64,000 nucleotides of DNA from an uncultured Porphyromonas sp. (lineage in GTDB: Bacteria > Bacteroidota > Bacteroidia > Bacteroidales > Porphyromonadaceae). Position numbers and translations under genes: made by a program. The notes beneath the pieces were generated by a model that searched no databases, was not told the DNA's origin, and saw nothing but the letters and a program-made list of their open reading frames with translations. Positions 41,246-50,681 of the stretch are shown here, piece by piece. The stretch covers positions 79,892-143,891 of the forward strand of contig CAUUAW010000001.1 of the NCBI GenBank assembly GCA_963543315.1, in the 5' to 3' direction. Numbering within the stretch: the stretch's first letter is position 1; every line of letters starts with the position of its first letter.

Positions 41246-41923
41246 TTATAATTCGTTGATAACATCCATAAAGTCTAGCGTGTTTGCCTCTAGACGATTG
41301 ACGATACGGTTGATCTGCCCGACAAGATAGTTGTATAAAAAGAGAGATATAATACCGACAATCAATCCGCCTACCGTCGTAATCAAAGCTTGGTATATAC
41401 CATTTGAGAGGAGAGATACGTCAATACCACCAGGTGCATTCGCTAGATCAAAAAAAGCCTGCACCATCCCTGTGACAGTCCCCAGAAATCCAATCATGGG
41501 GGCTCCTGCAGCAATTGTTGCTAGGAGGGGTAGTCCCCGTTCTAGACGACCCACCTCGTAAGATGCCACATTCTCGATAGCTGGCAACACTTCAGACGCT
41601 GGCTGTCCGAGACGCTTAAGACCCTTTTCGATCATGTGAGACTCTGGGGTGTTTTTTTCCTTACAAAGGGCTATAGCACTATCCTTACGTCCCATCTGGA
41701 GGTAGTCCTTGATGCGCGCTATAAACGAATCGTCACGGCAATTTGCCTTGCGCAGCTCGAGGTATTTGACTACAAAAAGGTATATAACAATCAGAGAGAG
41801 GAGTAGGAGGACTATCATAATCCATCCACCAGCACAGGCCAGCTCCCAGAGAGACATGGAGTCACTCGTCATCGTATTAGCTGCGTCAACCGTAGGTGTG
41901 GCAATCTGAAGTATAGGATACAT
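41246..41923 (-). CDS. exbB: MotA/TolQ/ExbB proton channel protein
   Basis: 225 aa with 3 TM helices and the conserved PMIGFLGTVTGM segment. Confidence 0.88.
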   Translation of the reverse strand: MYPILQIATPTVDAANTMTSDSMSLWELACAGGWIMIVLLLLSLIVIYLFVVKYLELRKANCRDDSFIARIKDYLQMGRKDSAIALCKEKNTPESHMIEKGLKRLGQPASEVLPAIENVASYEVGRLERGLPLLATIAAGAPMIGFLGTVTGMVQAFFDLANAPGGIDVSLLSNGIYQALITTVGGLIVGIISLFLYNYLVGQINRIVNRLEANTLDFMDVINEL

Positions 41924-41947
41924 AATTTGTTACAAAAAAGTCTTTGA

Positions 41948-42676
41948 TTAAATGGTTACATGTGTTTGAGATAAATATCGAGCAATAGTCTCTTCTAAAC
42001 CTAGATATAGAGCATCGCTAATGAGTGCATGCCCTATTGATACCTCATCGAGTGGGAATACGTGCCGGACAAAGTAGGCTAGATTGTCCAAGTTAAGGTC
42101 ATGACCTGCGTTAACTCCCAGACCAACGCTTTGGGCGACTGATGCAGCTTGAGCAAATGGTGCTACAATCGTCTTTGGATCACCGCTGTGTGCCATTGCA
42201 GATGCGTAAGGCTCTGTGTAGAGCTCTACACGATTAGCTCCGATCTCCGCCGCGGCCTTTATATGTCTCATATCCGTACCTACGAAGAGTGAGACTCGTA
42301 TACCCTCCTCTTTGAGACGATCTATGATAGGTGCCAGAAACTCTCTATGATCCGCTACGAGCCATCCGCTATTGGAGGTAAGAGCATCAGGTTTATCAGG
42401 TACAAGAGTCACCTGCTCAGGATGCACCGAGCAGACTAAATCTAGAAAAGACTCGGAGGGATAGCCCTCTATATTAAACTCCGTAGTAACTACCTCTCGT
42501 AGATCTCTCACATCCTGATAAGTAATATGTCGCTCATCAGGTCTAGGATGCACGGTGATCCCCTCAGCACCATACTGCTGACATCTCCTAGCCGCTAGCA
42601 CTACATTGGGCGTATCTCCACCGCGCGCATTACGGAGGGTCGCTATCTTATTGATATTAACACTGAGCCTCGTCAT
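41948..42676 (-). CDS. pdxJ: pyridoxine 5'-phosphate synthase
   Basis: [16 protein letters not shown] and [13 protein letters not shown] motifs. The ORF is open to 42706. The ATG at 42676 ([10 protein letters not shown]) fits the family N-terminus and lies 27 nt downstream of a -7 box located inside the longer ORF. Confidence 0.88.
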   Translation of the reverse strand: MTRLSVNINKIATLRNARGGDTPNVVLAARRCQQYGAEGITVHPRPDERHITYQDVRDLREVVTTEFNIEGYPSESFLDLVCSVHPEQVTLVPDKPDALTSNSGWLVADHREFLAPIIDRLKEEGIRVSLFVGTDMRHIKAAAEIGANRVELYTEPYASAMAHSGDPKTIVAPFAQAASVAQSVGLGVNAGHDLNLDNLAYFVRHVFPLDEVSIGHALISDALYLGLEETIARYLSQTHVTI

Positions 42677-42703
42677 TGGTATCGGTATATATTTCCAATG
42701 GGG

Positions 42704-42711
42704 CAAATATA
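42704..42711 (-). promoter_or_regulatory. Bacteroidota -7 promoter box (TATATTTG)
   Basis: Exact TAnnTTTG on the minus strand, 27 nt upstream of the preferred pdxJ ATG. Confidence 0.5.
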
Positions 42712-42780
42712 TAGCTTTCTGATGAAATGGGGCAGTAAATATGAGAGTAAGCCCATTTGAACATTAACCGCATAGCTTGA

Positions 42781-42950
42781 TCGGAGTAGACAATCCAGGA
42801 GTCGGGAAACAAAAGTCTTATATCTCTGAAAAATAGTTCCCGAATAGTCAAATGAGATCTCCCGAATAGCCAAATGACGATTCCGGAATAATTAAGCACG
42901 CCTTCCGGAGCTATCTTATCTTTATTCTCGGAGAGAATAGATGACTCTGT
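42781..42950. repeat. 22-bp-phased palindromic repeat array (about 7 units)
   Basis: Units TCGGAGTAGACAATCCAGGAGT / CGGGAAACAAAAGTCTTATATCT / ... / CCCGAATAGTCAAATGAGATCT / CCCGAATAGCCAAATGACGATT / CCGGAATAATTAAGCACGCCTT / CCGGAGCTATCTTATCTTTATTCT / CGGAGAGAATAG... Lies between the divergent pdxJ and rbfA genes. Confidence 0.78.
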
Positions 42951-43032
42951 CGTACACACATTCCCCCCTTTTGCCGAGCGATACCTATATCAATAAAGAA
43001 GAGGGAGATCCCTACGACAGATCTAAAATTGC

Positions 43033-43040
43033 TATCTTTG
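43033..43040 (+). promoter_or_regulatory. Bacteroidota -7 promoter box (TATCTTTG)
   Basis: Exact TAnnTTTG, 20 nt upstream of the preferred rbfA ATG at 43061. Confidence 0.5.
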
Positions 43041-43060
43041 TATCTATAATTTTGATTACT

Positions 43061-43396
43061 ATGGATACACGGCGACAAAATAAGATAGCACGATTGATAC
43101 AAAAGGAGATGAGTGAGATTTTTCGCCTCCAGACGCAGCAACTACGAGGAGTACTGGTCAGTGTCACGATAGTGCGCGTCACATCAGACCTGAGCAAAGC
43201 GTATCTTTACCTTAGTATATTCCCCTCAGATCGTGCTAATGAGATCCTAGAGTATATAAAGGAAAATGCCAGTAATTATCGCTATGAGCTAGGACAGCGT
43301 ACAGGTAAACAACTTCGCATCATACCTGAGATGGAGTACCATATCGATGATTCGTTAGATTATCTGGAGCGTATCGATGCCCTTTTGGAGCAATAA
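43061..43396 (+). CDS. rbfA: ribosome-binding factor A
   Basis: MDTRRQNKIARLIQKEMSEIF... is a typical RbfA N-terminus (111 aa). The longer ORF from 42941 would run through the repeat array and the promoter box. Confidence 0.85.
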   Translation: MDTRRQNKIARLIQKEMSEIFRLQTQQLRGVLVSVTIVRVTSDLSKAYLYLSIFPSDRANEILEYIKENASNYRYELGQRTGKQLRIIPEMEYHIDDSLDYLERIDALLEQ

Positions 43397-43407
43397 GCGA
43401 TATCCCC

Positions 43408-44625
43408 ATGCGCTTACCGTTGTTTATTGCTTGGCGGTATCTCTTTGCCCCTAAGAGATGGGGTGCCATCAATATCGTCACACACGTGAGTATACTAGCC
43501 ATTGCCGTGGTATCAATGACTATGATCTGCGTATTGTCTATATACAATGGCTATGAGCAGATGATACTAAACAAAGTCGTCGGACTAGACCCACAACTAC
43601 TGATTACAAAGGCTCACGAAACCCCTTTTGATCAGAGAGAGGTTCGCAAGAAGATTCGGCTGATCCGAGGTATAGACTCTATGGCTCCACTTGTATGGGG
43701 CGAGGGTGTGGTAAATAGCGGCGAGGGAAGTACCTTCTCTGCAGCACGTCTCTACGGCATCGACAGCTCTTACCTACAAATGTCTGACATAGATCGTTAC
43801 CTACTCAGTGGTGAGATGTCTGTACATCCCGGGCAATATAATTTAGGAGCCTCTATCGCCGTTAATCTAAACGCCATAGCCTACGACACGACACCACTGG
43901 TGGTTACTCTTCCTAAGCGTAAAGGGTATATAAACCCCATCATGCCGATCACCTCTCTAAGGAGATCTCAAGGGATCCCCGTGTCTGTACTTTATACAGA
44001 CAATGTAGTCTATGACAACACGCTCTTCATACCGCTATCTGAATTACAGTCGCTCTTGATGCTTGAGAGGTATCAAGTCCATGGACTTGCCCTACAGCTA
44101 AGCCCCACAGCTCATGAGTCTGAAACAAAAAAACTCCTAGAGCAGATCTTAGGTGACCAATACCGCATACTCGGTCGTCCCGGACAACAGCCACATTTGA
44201 TGCATCTTGTAGCTATTGAAAAGTGGATTACCTCTCTTATCTTCGCCTTTATACTCCTATTAGCCGCATACAATGTGATGGCAAGCATCTCGATGCTATT
44301 GATCTCTAAGCAGGAGGATGTACAAATACTATATGCTCTAGGTTTGTCACCTAGAGAGGTTAGACGGACATTTCAACTGGAGGGACTGATGGTGACTATC
44401 GTAGGTGCTATCAGCGGTATGGCTATCGGTATCATACTATGTCTGCTACAGATCCGTTACGGTTGGCTTACGCTCGATCTAGCTGCCGAGTTACAGCCCT
44501 ATCCCGTTACTATTAAAGCAACAGATGTTGCAGTCGTGATACTCTTAGTATTAGCTGTAGGCTATCTAGCAGCTGTCTATCCTGTACGAAAACTTATCTC
44601 AGCACATGAGACTACGAGCAAGTAG
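43408..44625 (+). CDS. FtsX-like ABC transporter permease (LolC/E-like)
   Basis: 405 aa with an N-terminal TM helix, a large extracytoplasmic MacB-like domain and a C-terminal 3-TM FtsX domain. Confidence 0.8.
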   Translation: MRLPLFIAWRYLFAPKRWGAINIVTHVSILAIAVVSMTMICVLSIYNGYEQMILNKVVGLDPQLLITKAHETPFDQREVRKKIRLIRGIDSMAPLVWGEGVVNSGEGSTFSAARLYGIDSSYLQMSDIDRYLLSGEMSVHPGQYNLGASIAVNLNAIAYDTTPLVVTLPKRKGYINPIMPITSLRRSQGIPVSVLYTDNVVYDNTLFIPLSELQSLLMLERYQVHGLALQLSPTAHESETKKLLEQILGDQYRILGRPGQQPHLMHLVAIEKWITSLIFAFILLLAAYNVMASISMLLISKQEDVQILYALGLSPREVRRTFQLEGLMVTIVGAISGMAIGIILCLLQIRYGWLTLDLAAELQPYPVTIKATDVAVVILLVLAVGYLAAVYPVRKLISAHETTSK

Positions 44626-44651
44626 CTCCAGGTGACTATTCCCCAATAAAT

Positions 44652-45209
44652 ATGACGAACAATGCTAATACCCCAGGATTACTACCTGATGTACCCGAGT
44701 ACACTGCTCAAATAATACATCTATGGGTGGCAGAGGAGAGCGTACGCATCTTGTCTCAACAAAAAAAACCTCTGGAGATGCTTCGCCAACATCTGATGCA
44801 ATCGGATGAGCATCGCAAGCATTTGATAGATGAGTTACTGAGCAAAGAGTCTATAACCATTATATTACAAGGAGAGCACGCCCCCATAGCGAAGCAATTG
44901 CTTGCAGAGTGCGAAAGAATACATCAAGTAGTCAGTAAAAATGAGCAGAATATCGTCTATCAAGGTTGCTACATGCTACTCCTACCACTCATAGTAGCCT
45001 ACAGAGCTAAAGGGAAAAAAGCTAAGGAGATGGGGGAAATAGAGATACTCTGCACGATACTATACAATGCTATGATGCAGAGTTTAGATAAGGAACAAGA
45101 GCAATACTGTCCAACAGATAGCAATACTATCCGACAGATAGGAGCTCTCTTTGCTCTATTGGACCAAGAGTATCACAAGATACACCACAATGCTTTCGAT
45201 CATGAATAG
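44652..45209 (+). CDS. hypothetical protein
   Basis: 185-aa ORF, helical and charged, with no motif I recognise. Its stop overlaps the rfbD start (ATGAATAG). Confidence 0.5.
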   Translation: MTNNANTPGLLPDVPEYTAQIIHLWVAEESVRILSQQKKPLEMLRQHLMQSDEHRKHLIDELLSKESITIILQGEHAPIAKQLLAECERIHQVVSKNEQNIVYQGCYMLLLPLIVAYRAKGKKAKEMGEIEILCTILYNAMMQSLDKEQEQYCPTDSNTIRQIGALFALLDQEYHKIHHNAFDHE

Positions 45210-46116
45210 AGATCCTAAAGGACGTATTATAGTACTAGGAGCTACAGGTCAGCTGGGGCGTAGCTTATGTTTAGAATTAAAACGTCTGGGCGATCCATAT
45301 CATTTACTAACCTATACGCACAAAGCATTAGACTGTACAGATACAGAAGCAGTAAGAGAATCCATAATCCAATGGGAGCAAGAAAGCATTTCATACCCAT
45401 GGAGTATAATTATTAATTGTGTAGCCTTTACACAAGTAGATCGTGCTGAGGAAACGGATCGGTATCATGACCTACTAGCTCTCAACGCTCTCCTACCAGC
45501 ACAACTAGCAGAGAGTAAATTACCAATCATTCATATCAGTACAGACTACGTCTTTGACGGACTAAAAGGATCTCCTTATCGTGAGGATGATAAAACTAAT
45601 CCAACTTGTCTCTACGGGCGTACGAAAAGGCAAGGAGAGTTAGCCATCTTACTCCATCCTCTTCACCAGACAAATCAACATTTAATCATACGTACTCAGT
45701 GGCTTTGGTCCCCATGGGGTAAGAACTTCGTACGTACTATGCTCCATCTAGCACGTGAGGGGAAAGCAATTAATGTCGTAAACGATCAGATCGGCTCACC
45801 GACCTCTGCTCCTTCACTAGCTAAAACTATTTGCGAAATTGTCACATGCTATGACGAGGAAATGGCTTTTCGCACCCCATTATTACACTATGCCAATAGA
45901 GGTATCTGCTCATGGTATGACTTCGCTTACGAAACGATCTCTACACATTGTCCTAATTACGATCTATCGCAGCTCACACCGATAACTACTGCTGACTACT
46001 CAACGACTGCACAGCGCCCTCCCTATAGTGTGCTATCTACCGAGAGACTCACTGCTTGCTACGACATTATACCACCCCGATGGCAAGATGAATTAGCAGA
46101 GATTCCTATTAATTGA
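45202..46116 (+). CDS. rfbD: dTDP-4-dehydrorhamnose reductase
   Basis: VLGATGQLG Rossmann motif, STDYVFDG and YGRTK catalytic motifs. The ATG at 45202 (MNRDPKGRIIVLGATG) is preferred over the ORF start at 45151. Confidence 0.85.
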   Translation: MNRDPKGRIIVLGATGQLGRSLCLELKRLGDPYHLLTYTHKALDCTDTEAVRESIIQWEQESISYPWSIIINCVAFTQVDRAEETDRYHDLLALNALLPAQLAESKLPIIHISTDYVFDGLKGSPYREDDKTNPTCLYGRTKRQGELAILLHPLHQTNQHLIIRTQWLWSPWGKNFVRTMLHLAREGKAINVVNDQIGSPTSAPSLAKTICEIVTCYDEEMAFRTPLLHYANRGICSWYDFAYETISTHCPNYDLSQLTPITTADYSTTAQRPPYSVLSTERLTACYDIIPPRWQDELAEIPIN

Positions 46117-47441
46117 AAATGCACAAAGAGCTACATCGCCTCATACTAAGACTTGCGATCCCTAATATTATCTCCAACATCACCATACCACTCCTATCTA
46201 TTATTGATGTAGTATTGGCAGGACACATGTCTCATACTGAGGCTATCGGATCAGTTACAGTAGCAGTTACAATTACCAATACGATATACTGGCTCTTTGG
46301 TTTCATAAGATTAGGTACGACTGGTCTAGTAGCTCAAGCTTATGGTCGTCAAGATCTATCAGACATTAATAGACAATTGGCACGTAGTATAACTATGGCG
46401 CTACTATGTAGCGTAATAGTTATACTCTGCTCTCCCTTTGCCACACTGCTAAGTGGAGCAGTGACTGGTGGGGTATCCAGTCGATTAAGTGTAGAAGCTG
46501 ACAGATACATTATTATTATCTTCCGTGCAGCCCCTGCTGTTTTAGCTATATACGCACTCAATGGCTGGTTTATCGGTATGCAAAATACTCGTGTGCCTAT
46601 GGGAGCATCTATGGGAGCTTTGGTGATTAATTATATAGTCTCTTATACTCTCGTAGTACATTATCAGATGGGTGTCGAGGGATTGGCCATAGGTACTTGT
46701 GTAGCTCAGTACTGTCAGGCGGTAATCCTTATCAGTACCTTACTGATAAAATATAGATATGTAGTAAGACATCTACTACTTAAACACTTTACCGATTTCG
46801 ATGGTTACAAACGCTATCTTATCATCGGTAGAGATCTCATGCTACGCTCCCTACTACTAAGTAGTATAACTATCTTTTTTACCTATGCAGGAGTACGTGA
46901 AAGTGCGATAGCAGTAGCAGCCAATACTCTTTTACTTCAGTTTTTCAGCATCTTCAGTTACTTCATGGACGGCTTTGCTTACGCTGGTGAATCTCTCTCC
47001 GGACGCTATCTCGGCGAGCAACGTATGGATTTACTTAAAGCAGTAGTAGGTCAGCTCTTCGTCATCGGTACTGTCTTAGCCCTCATTGCCGCTAGCCTCT
47101 TCGCATGCTACCCAAGGATGCTATTGAATCTCCTCAGCAACCATGAGGAGATCATTACTCATGCTATAAAATACCATTTCTGGGCAGCTTTGATACCATT
47201 AGCAGGCTTTGGGGCCTTTTTATGGGATGGAATTTATGCAGGTCTCACGCAATCATCTAGTCTCAAGTGGTCTATGTTGGTATCCAGTATTGTATTCTTC
47301 TCATTGTACTACCTACTCTACAATCACTTAGATATGTCTGCTCTATGGCTTGCTTTCGATAGTTATCTCTTAGCACGTACTCTATACCTGACGATCGTAT
47401 GGTATCGTAGGAATAAGATTTTACCGAAATCATGTTCATAA
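46113..47441 (+). CDS. MATE family efflux transporter (DinF-like)
   Basis: 442 aa with 12 predicted TM helices and a MATE-like N-terminus (LAIPNIISNITIPLLSIIDVVLAGH). Confidence 0.85.
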   Translation: MKMHKELHRLILRLAIPNIISNITIPLLSIIDVVLAGHMSHTEAIGSVTVAVTITNTIYWLFGFIRLGTTGLVAQAYGRQDLSDINRQLARSITMALLCSVIVILCSPFATLLSGAVTGGVSSRLSVEADRYIIIIFRAAPAVLAIYALNGWFIGMQNTRVPMGASMGALVINYIVSYTLVVHYQMGVEGLAIGTCVAQYCQAVILISTLLIKYRYVVRHLLLKHFTDFDGYKRYLIIGRDLMLRSLLLSSITIFFTYAGVRESAIAVAANTLLLQFFSIFSYFMDGFAYAGESLSGRYLGEQRMDLLKAVVGQLFVIGTVLALIAASLFACYPRMLLNLLSNHEEIITHAIKYHFWAALIPLAGFGAFLWDGIYAGLTQSSSLKWSMLVSSIVFFSLYYLLYNHLDMSALWLAFDSYLLARTLYLTIVWYRRNKILPKSCS

Positions 47442-47469
47442 CCCTATAATTTCTGTCGAAAAAGTTGTC

Positions 47470-47584
47470 GAAAACTCATTGATAACTTCATGCTAACTTA
47501 TTTGCCTATCTCGGGAAATTATATAGTTACAATAAAGATCCTAACCTCACAAATAAGTTAGCATGAAGTTATCAATGAGTTTTC
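47470..47584. repeat. perfect 35-bp inverted repeat with a 45-bp spacer
   Basis: 47470-47504 GAAAACTCATTGATAACTTCATGCTAACTTATTTG is the exact reverse complement of 47550-47584. Lies between the convergent MATE and porin genes. Confidence 0.9.
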
Positions 47585-47850
47585 ATCAAGATATTAACAG
47601 GTACAGCAGGTGGGGAGACGACCATAAACGATTGTGAGCATCTCATTATTTACTGTACTCTATGTAGCTTCCAGAGACGATTAGAGAGGAGTCTTATAGA
47701 GATACATTAAGTGTTGCACAGGGATAGTTATAGACATATTCAACCGACTATTATCAACATCATAGATATGTAAGTATATATTCTTACTCTATAATATACT
47801 GATGATGTAAAGAGATCTGTCAGTAACCTCTCGTAAAGAGTTTGTACAAT

Positions 47851-49086
47851 CTAAAACTTATACTGTGCTCCCACCGTGAGCATATGGATAGGATCGTTTA
47901 CTATGTGTGTATCTGTCGTCACCTGTCTATCTAATTGCTGACGTAAATAGCAGTCATAATGTAGTGACAAACGTACATGATCATGATATAGGAAGTAGTT
48001 AATACCTCCAGAGAGTTGGTGTGAATGGCCTTCTGTACGCAGTGTCAAACCATCGATCTTACCATCTTGCTTTGTCGTCGTATCGAAATACCTATTTCGA
48101 TTGTAGTAAGTATATCTACCGAAAATCTCTACATCGATAGACTTGATACGCTCTACGACCTGTGTCATACTAGCTGTGAAGTGACGTTGTACTAAAGTAT
48201 TATCCTCAACTATAGCTGGTGATTTAGATCCTACTGCATAATTAGCATCTTTCCATCCGGGTTGTACTCCCATGATACCCTCAGCCGTTAGTATTAATTG
48301 TCCATGAGGATGCTCTAGTGTTGTATTAATAAAAGCAGCACCATAAGTGCGTAGCATATTGCCTCTCCTAAATATTGCTTTATCACTATCAAAGGCATAG
48401 TACCCACTAGCTGTAGGTAAATAACCTCCATAACAAGATAGTCCGACAGCTATCTGATGATGCCTATCTCTTCGTGTCAGAGCTAGACGTAGAGCTAGGT
48501 CAGGGATATTCTTGATCATTCCTTTATCTCCATTGCCTGCTAGGATAGAGAGTGTAGACTCTAGCCACCAATGTCTTTGCTTATCTAGCATACCTTTATA
48601 ACCTATGACTAGACCCATATCTATAACCCCAGGAAATAGGTCAAACATATAGTGCGAACGATCAAAAGCTGCACGCTTACTCGAGCTATAAGGTAGCTCA
48701 TAACCAAAATCTATTGTCGTAAGCCCCCCTTTGATATAGAGACCCTGAGTCCAGTGTGGTTGATAAGTAGTATGGATATTAAAGATAGAGAGTTTGGACT
48801 CTGTAGCATTAAGCTCGATTCTTGCCGTAAAATCCCGATAAGTAGCCTGTGTGGCAAGACGTCCTCGACGTATTCCTATCCGTGTAGTTGGTTGATTATA
48901 CGTAGGAGTTATCTTACCCACTTTTATATAATCACCCCTTGTATCACTCTGTATCAAAGTTTGTATATAGCCGCTTATGGAGAAGTGTGGCTGTTCCTGT
49001 CCAAGTAATTGTATATCCATGCTAGAGAGAAGTAGGAGTAATGACGCGATCCTTACAATCAGTAGCATTGGAGTTTTGTAATTCAT
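47851..49086 (-). CDS. outer-membrane beta-barrel porin-like protein
   Basis: 411 aa with a signal peptide, alternating hydrophobic beta-strand pattern throughout, and a C-terminal ...VGAQYKF aromatic terminus typical of OM barrels. Confidence 0.65.
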   Translation of the reverse strand: MNYKTPMLLIVRIASLLLLLSSMDIQLLGQEQPHFSISGYIQTLIQSDTRGDYIKVGKITPTYNQPTTRIGIRRGRLATQATYRDFTARIELNATESKLSIFNIHTTYQPHWTQGLYIKGGLTTIDFGYELPYSSSKRAAFDRSHYMFDLFPGVIDMGLVIGYKGMLDKQRHWWLESTLSILAGNGDKGMIKNIPDLALRLALTRRDRHHQIAVGLSCYGGYLPTASGYYAFDSDKAIFRRGNMLRTYGAAFINTTLEHPHGQLILTAEGIMGVQPGWKDANYAVGSKSPAIVEDNTLVQRHFTASMTQVVERIKSIDVEIFGRYTYYNRNRYFDTTTKQDGKIDGLTLRTEGHSHQLSGGINYFLYHDHVRLSLHYDCYLRQQLDRQVTTDTHIVNDPIHMLTVGAQYKF

Positions 49087-49177
49087 AGGAGTAAGAGCTT
49101 TATACTATTTAGTTATAAGTTGATTAGGATAATCCTTGAGATAGAGTGATTATAATACATCCAATTCAATAGATGTA

Positions 49178-49185
49178 CAAAGGTA
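49178..49185 (-). promoter_or_regulatory. Bacteroidota -7 promoter box (TACCTTTG)
   Basis: Exact TAnnTTTG on the minus strand, about 92 nt upstream of the porin ATG (49086). Confidence 0.45.
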
Positions 49186-49285
49186 GGGATATTCATCTCC
49201 ATAGAGCTTAACCAAACAATATGTCGATCTGTAGAGCTGTCTCTGTACTACAGTTCGTTTTGTTTTGTGATAGATGAGTTTTTAT

Positions 49286-49374
49286 ACGGGAATGCCTATT
49301 TGGTTATTCCGGAATAATTATTTCCGTACTCCGGAATAGTTAATTGGTTATTTCGGAATTATTTGTCTTAGAGT
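49286..49374. repeat. 22-bp-phased palindromic repeat array (4 units, close to consensus)
   Basis: Units ACGGGAATGCCTATTTGGTTATT / CCGGAATAATTATTTCCGTACT / CCGGAATAGTTAATTGGTTATT / TCGGAATTATTTGTCTTAGAGT. Confidence 0.8.
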
Positions 49375-49395
49375 ACTGTGTAAACTCTTTTTTTG

Positions 49396-49403
49396 TACAT
49401 TTG
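49396..49403 (+). promoter_or_regulatory. Bacteroidota -7 promoter box (TACATTTG)
   Basis: Exact TAnnTTTG on the plus strand, about 305 nt upstream of the corA ATG and about 22 nt downstream of the repeat array. Confidence 0.35.
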
Positions 49404-49707
49404 CCGCTGTGTATACCTTCGTGTATGAGGTTGGCTCGTTGCGTATTATATGTATTTGGTAGCGAGTAATGTGTACTATTTTATTAACCCATAATATATC
49501 ATTGCGTTATGGACGATTCTTTACCGCCGAGTATTCTCGATAGCATCTTTTGTAGATCTTCTCTACAGCGGAGTCTGCGTCCTAATGATAGTTTTGGGCG
49601 ATCTTTATCTAGGATGTAGCTATACCGCATAGCCTTACCGTGGGAGGAGAGGGTCTCTTAAGCTTACCTTTTTTACTGATCTTGATACCTTAAGAGTTAC
49701 AGACATT

Positions 49708-50634
49708 ATGCGGAAGTTTTACCTCCCAAAGCAACAATTTATTCAAGTCGATGCACTCCAGCCACATTGCTGGATCAAAGTGGTGCAACCTACCTCAGAG
49801 GATATTGATTATCTCAGTGATGAGATTGGTGTACCTGACTCTTTTATTGGCGATACAGCCGATAGTGATGAGCGCCCTCGTACTGAAGAGGAGGATGGCT
49901 GGCGTCTGACTATCATACGTATACCTATTGAGACTCCCGAGGGGACATCTCCTTATAGTACTATCCCAATAGGTATCATCACACATCTTGAGAAGCAACT
50001 GATTATTACTATTTGTTATCATCGTACGGATTTAATTCCGGATTTCATAGCACACAATCAGCGAAAGGGAATATCTGTGGATACAGATATAGACTTTATC
50101 TTGAGGCTTATATTGAGTTCATCGGTATGGTTCCTCAAATACCTCAAGCAGATAAGTTTTCTTGTATTGGAAGCTGAGGAGGCATTGGAGAAAAGCATCC
50201 GCAACGAAGACCTACTCCAGATGATGAGATTACAGAAATGTCTTGTGTACTTTAATACTTCCATACGAGGTAATGAGTCGGTTATTGGACGATTTAAGAT
50301 AAGTCATTACGATCAGTATGACGTAGAGCTTGCAGAGGATGTCGCCATCGAGCTAAATCAAGCATATAATATGGTCAACGTATACAGTGATATTATGACG
50401 GGAACGATGGATGCTTTCGGGGGGATTATCAACAATAATATCAATACGATCATGCGCCGCATGACCAGTATATCGATGATACTTATGTTACCTACGCTAG
50501 TAGCCTCTCTCTATGGTATGAATGTGCATCTACCTATGTCCGACCATCCATTGGCTTTTATGGGGATTATGGTTATTTGCTTAGTATTCTCTGTAATAGC
50601 TTTTTGGATATTCAAGCGCATTCATTGGTTTTAG
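49708..50634 (+). CDS. corA: CorA family magnesium/cobalt transporter
   Basis: 308 aa with a cytoplasmic N-domain and two C-terminal TM helices. The YGMNV signature (SLYGMNVHLP) is present. Confidence 0.85.
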   Translation: MRKFYLPKQQFIQVDALQPHCWIKVVQPTSEDIDYLSDEIGVPDSFIGDTADSDERPRTEEEDGWRLTIIRIPIETPEGTSPYSTIPIGIITHLEKQLIITICYHRTDLIPDFIAHNQRKGISVDTDIDFILRLILSSSVWFLKYLKQISFLVLEAEEALEKSIRNEDLLQMMRLQKCLVYFNTSIRGNESVIGRFKISHYDQYDVELAEDVAIELNQAYNMVNVYSDIMTGTMDAFGGIINNNINTIMRRMTSISMILMLPTLVASLYGMNVHLPMSDHPLAFMGIMVICLVFSVIAFWIFKRIHWF

Positions 50635-50681
50635 TCCATTTTGATAGGTGTATACTGCTTTTGTATAGTTGAGTTAGTAAG

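Noticed and set aside
42657-43141. ORFs 42657-42959, 42673-42873 and 42911-43141 (minus strand), and the long form of rbfA starting at 42941.
   Set aside because: They are composed largely of translated 22-bp repeat units and contain the pdxJ and rbfA -7 boxes. The short rbfA (43061) and short pdxJ (42676) starts fit family N-termini.
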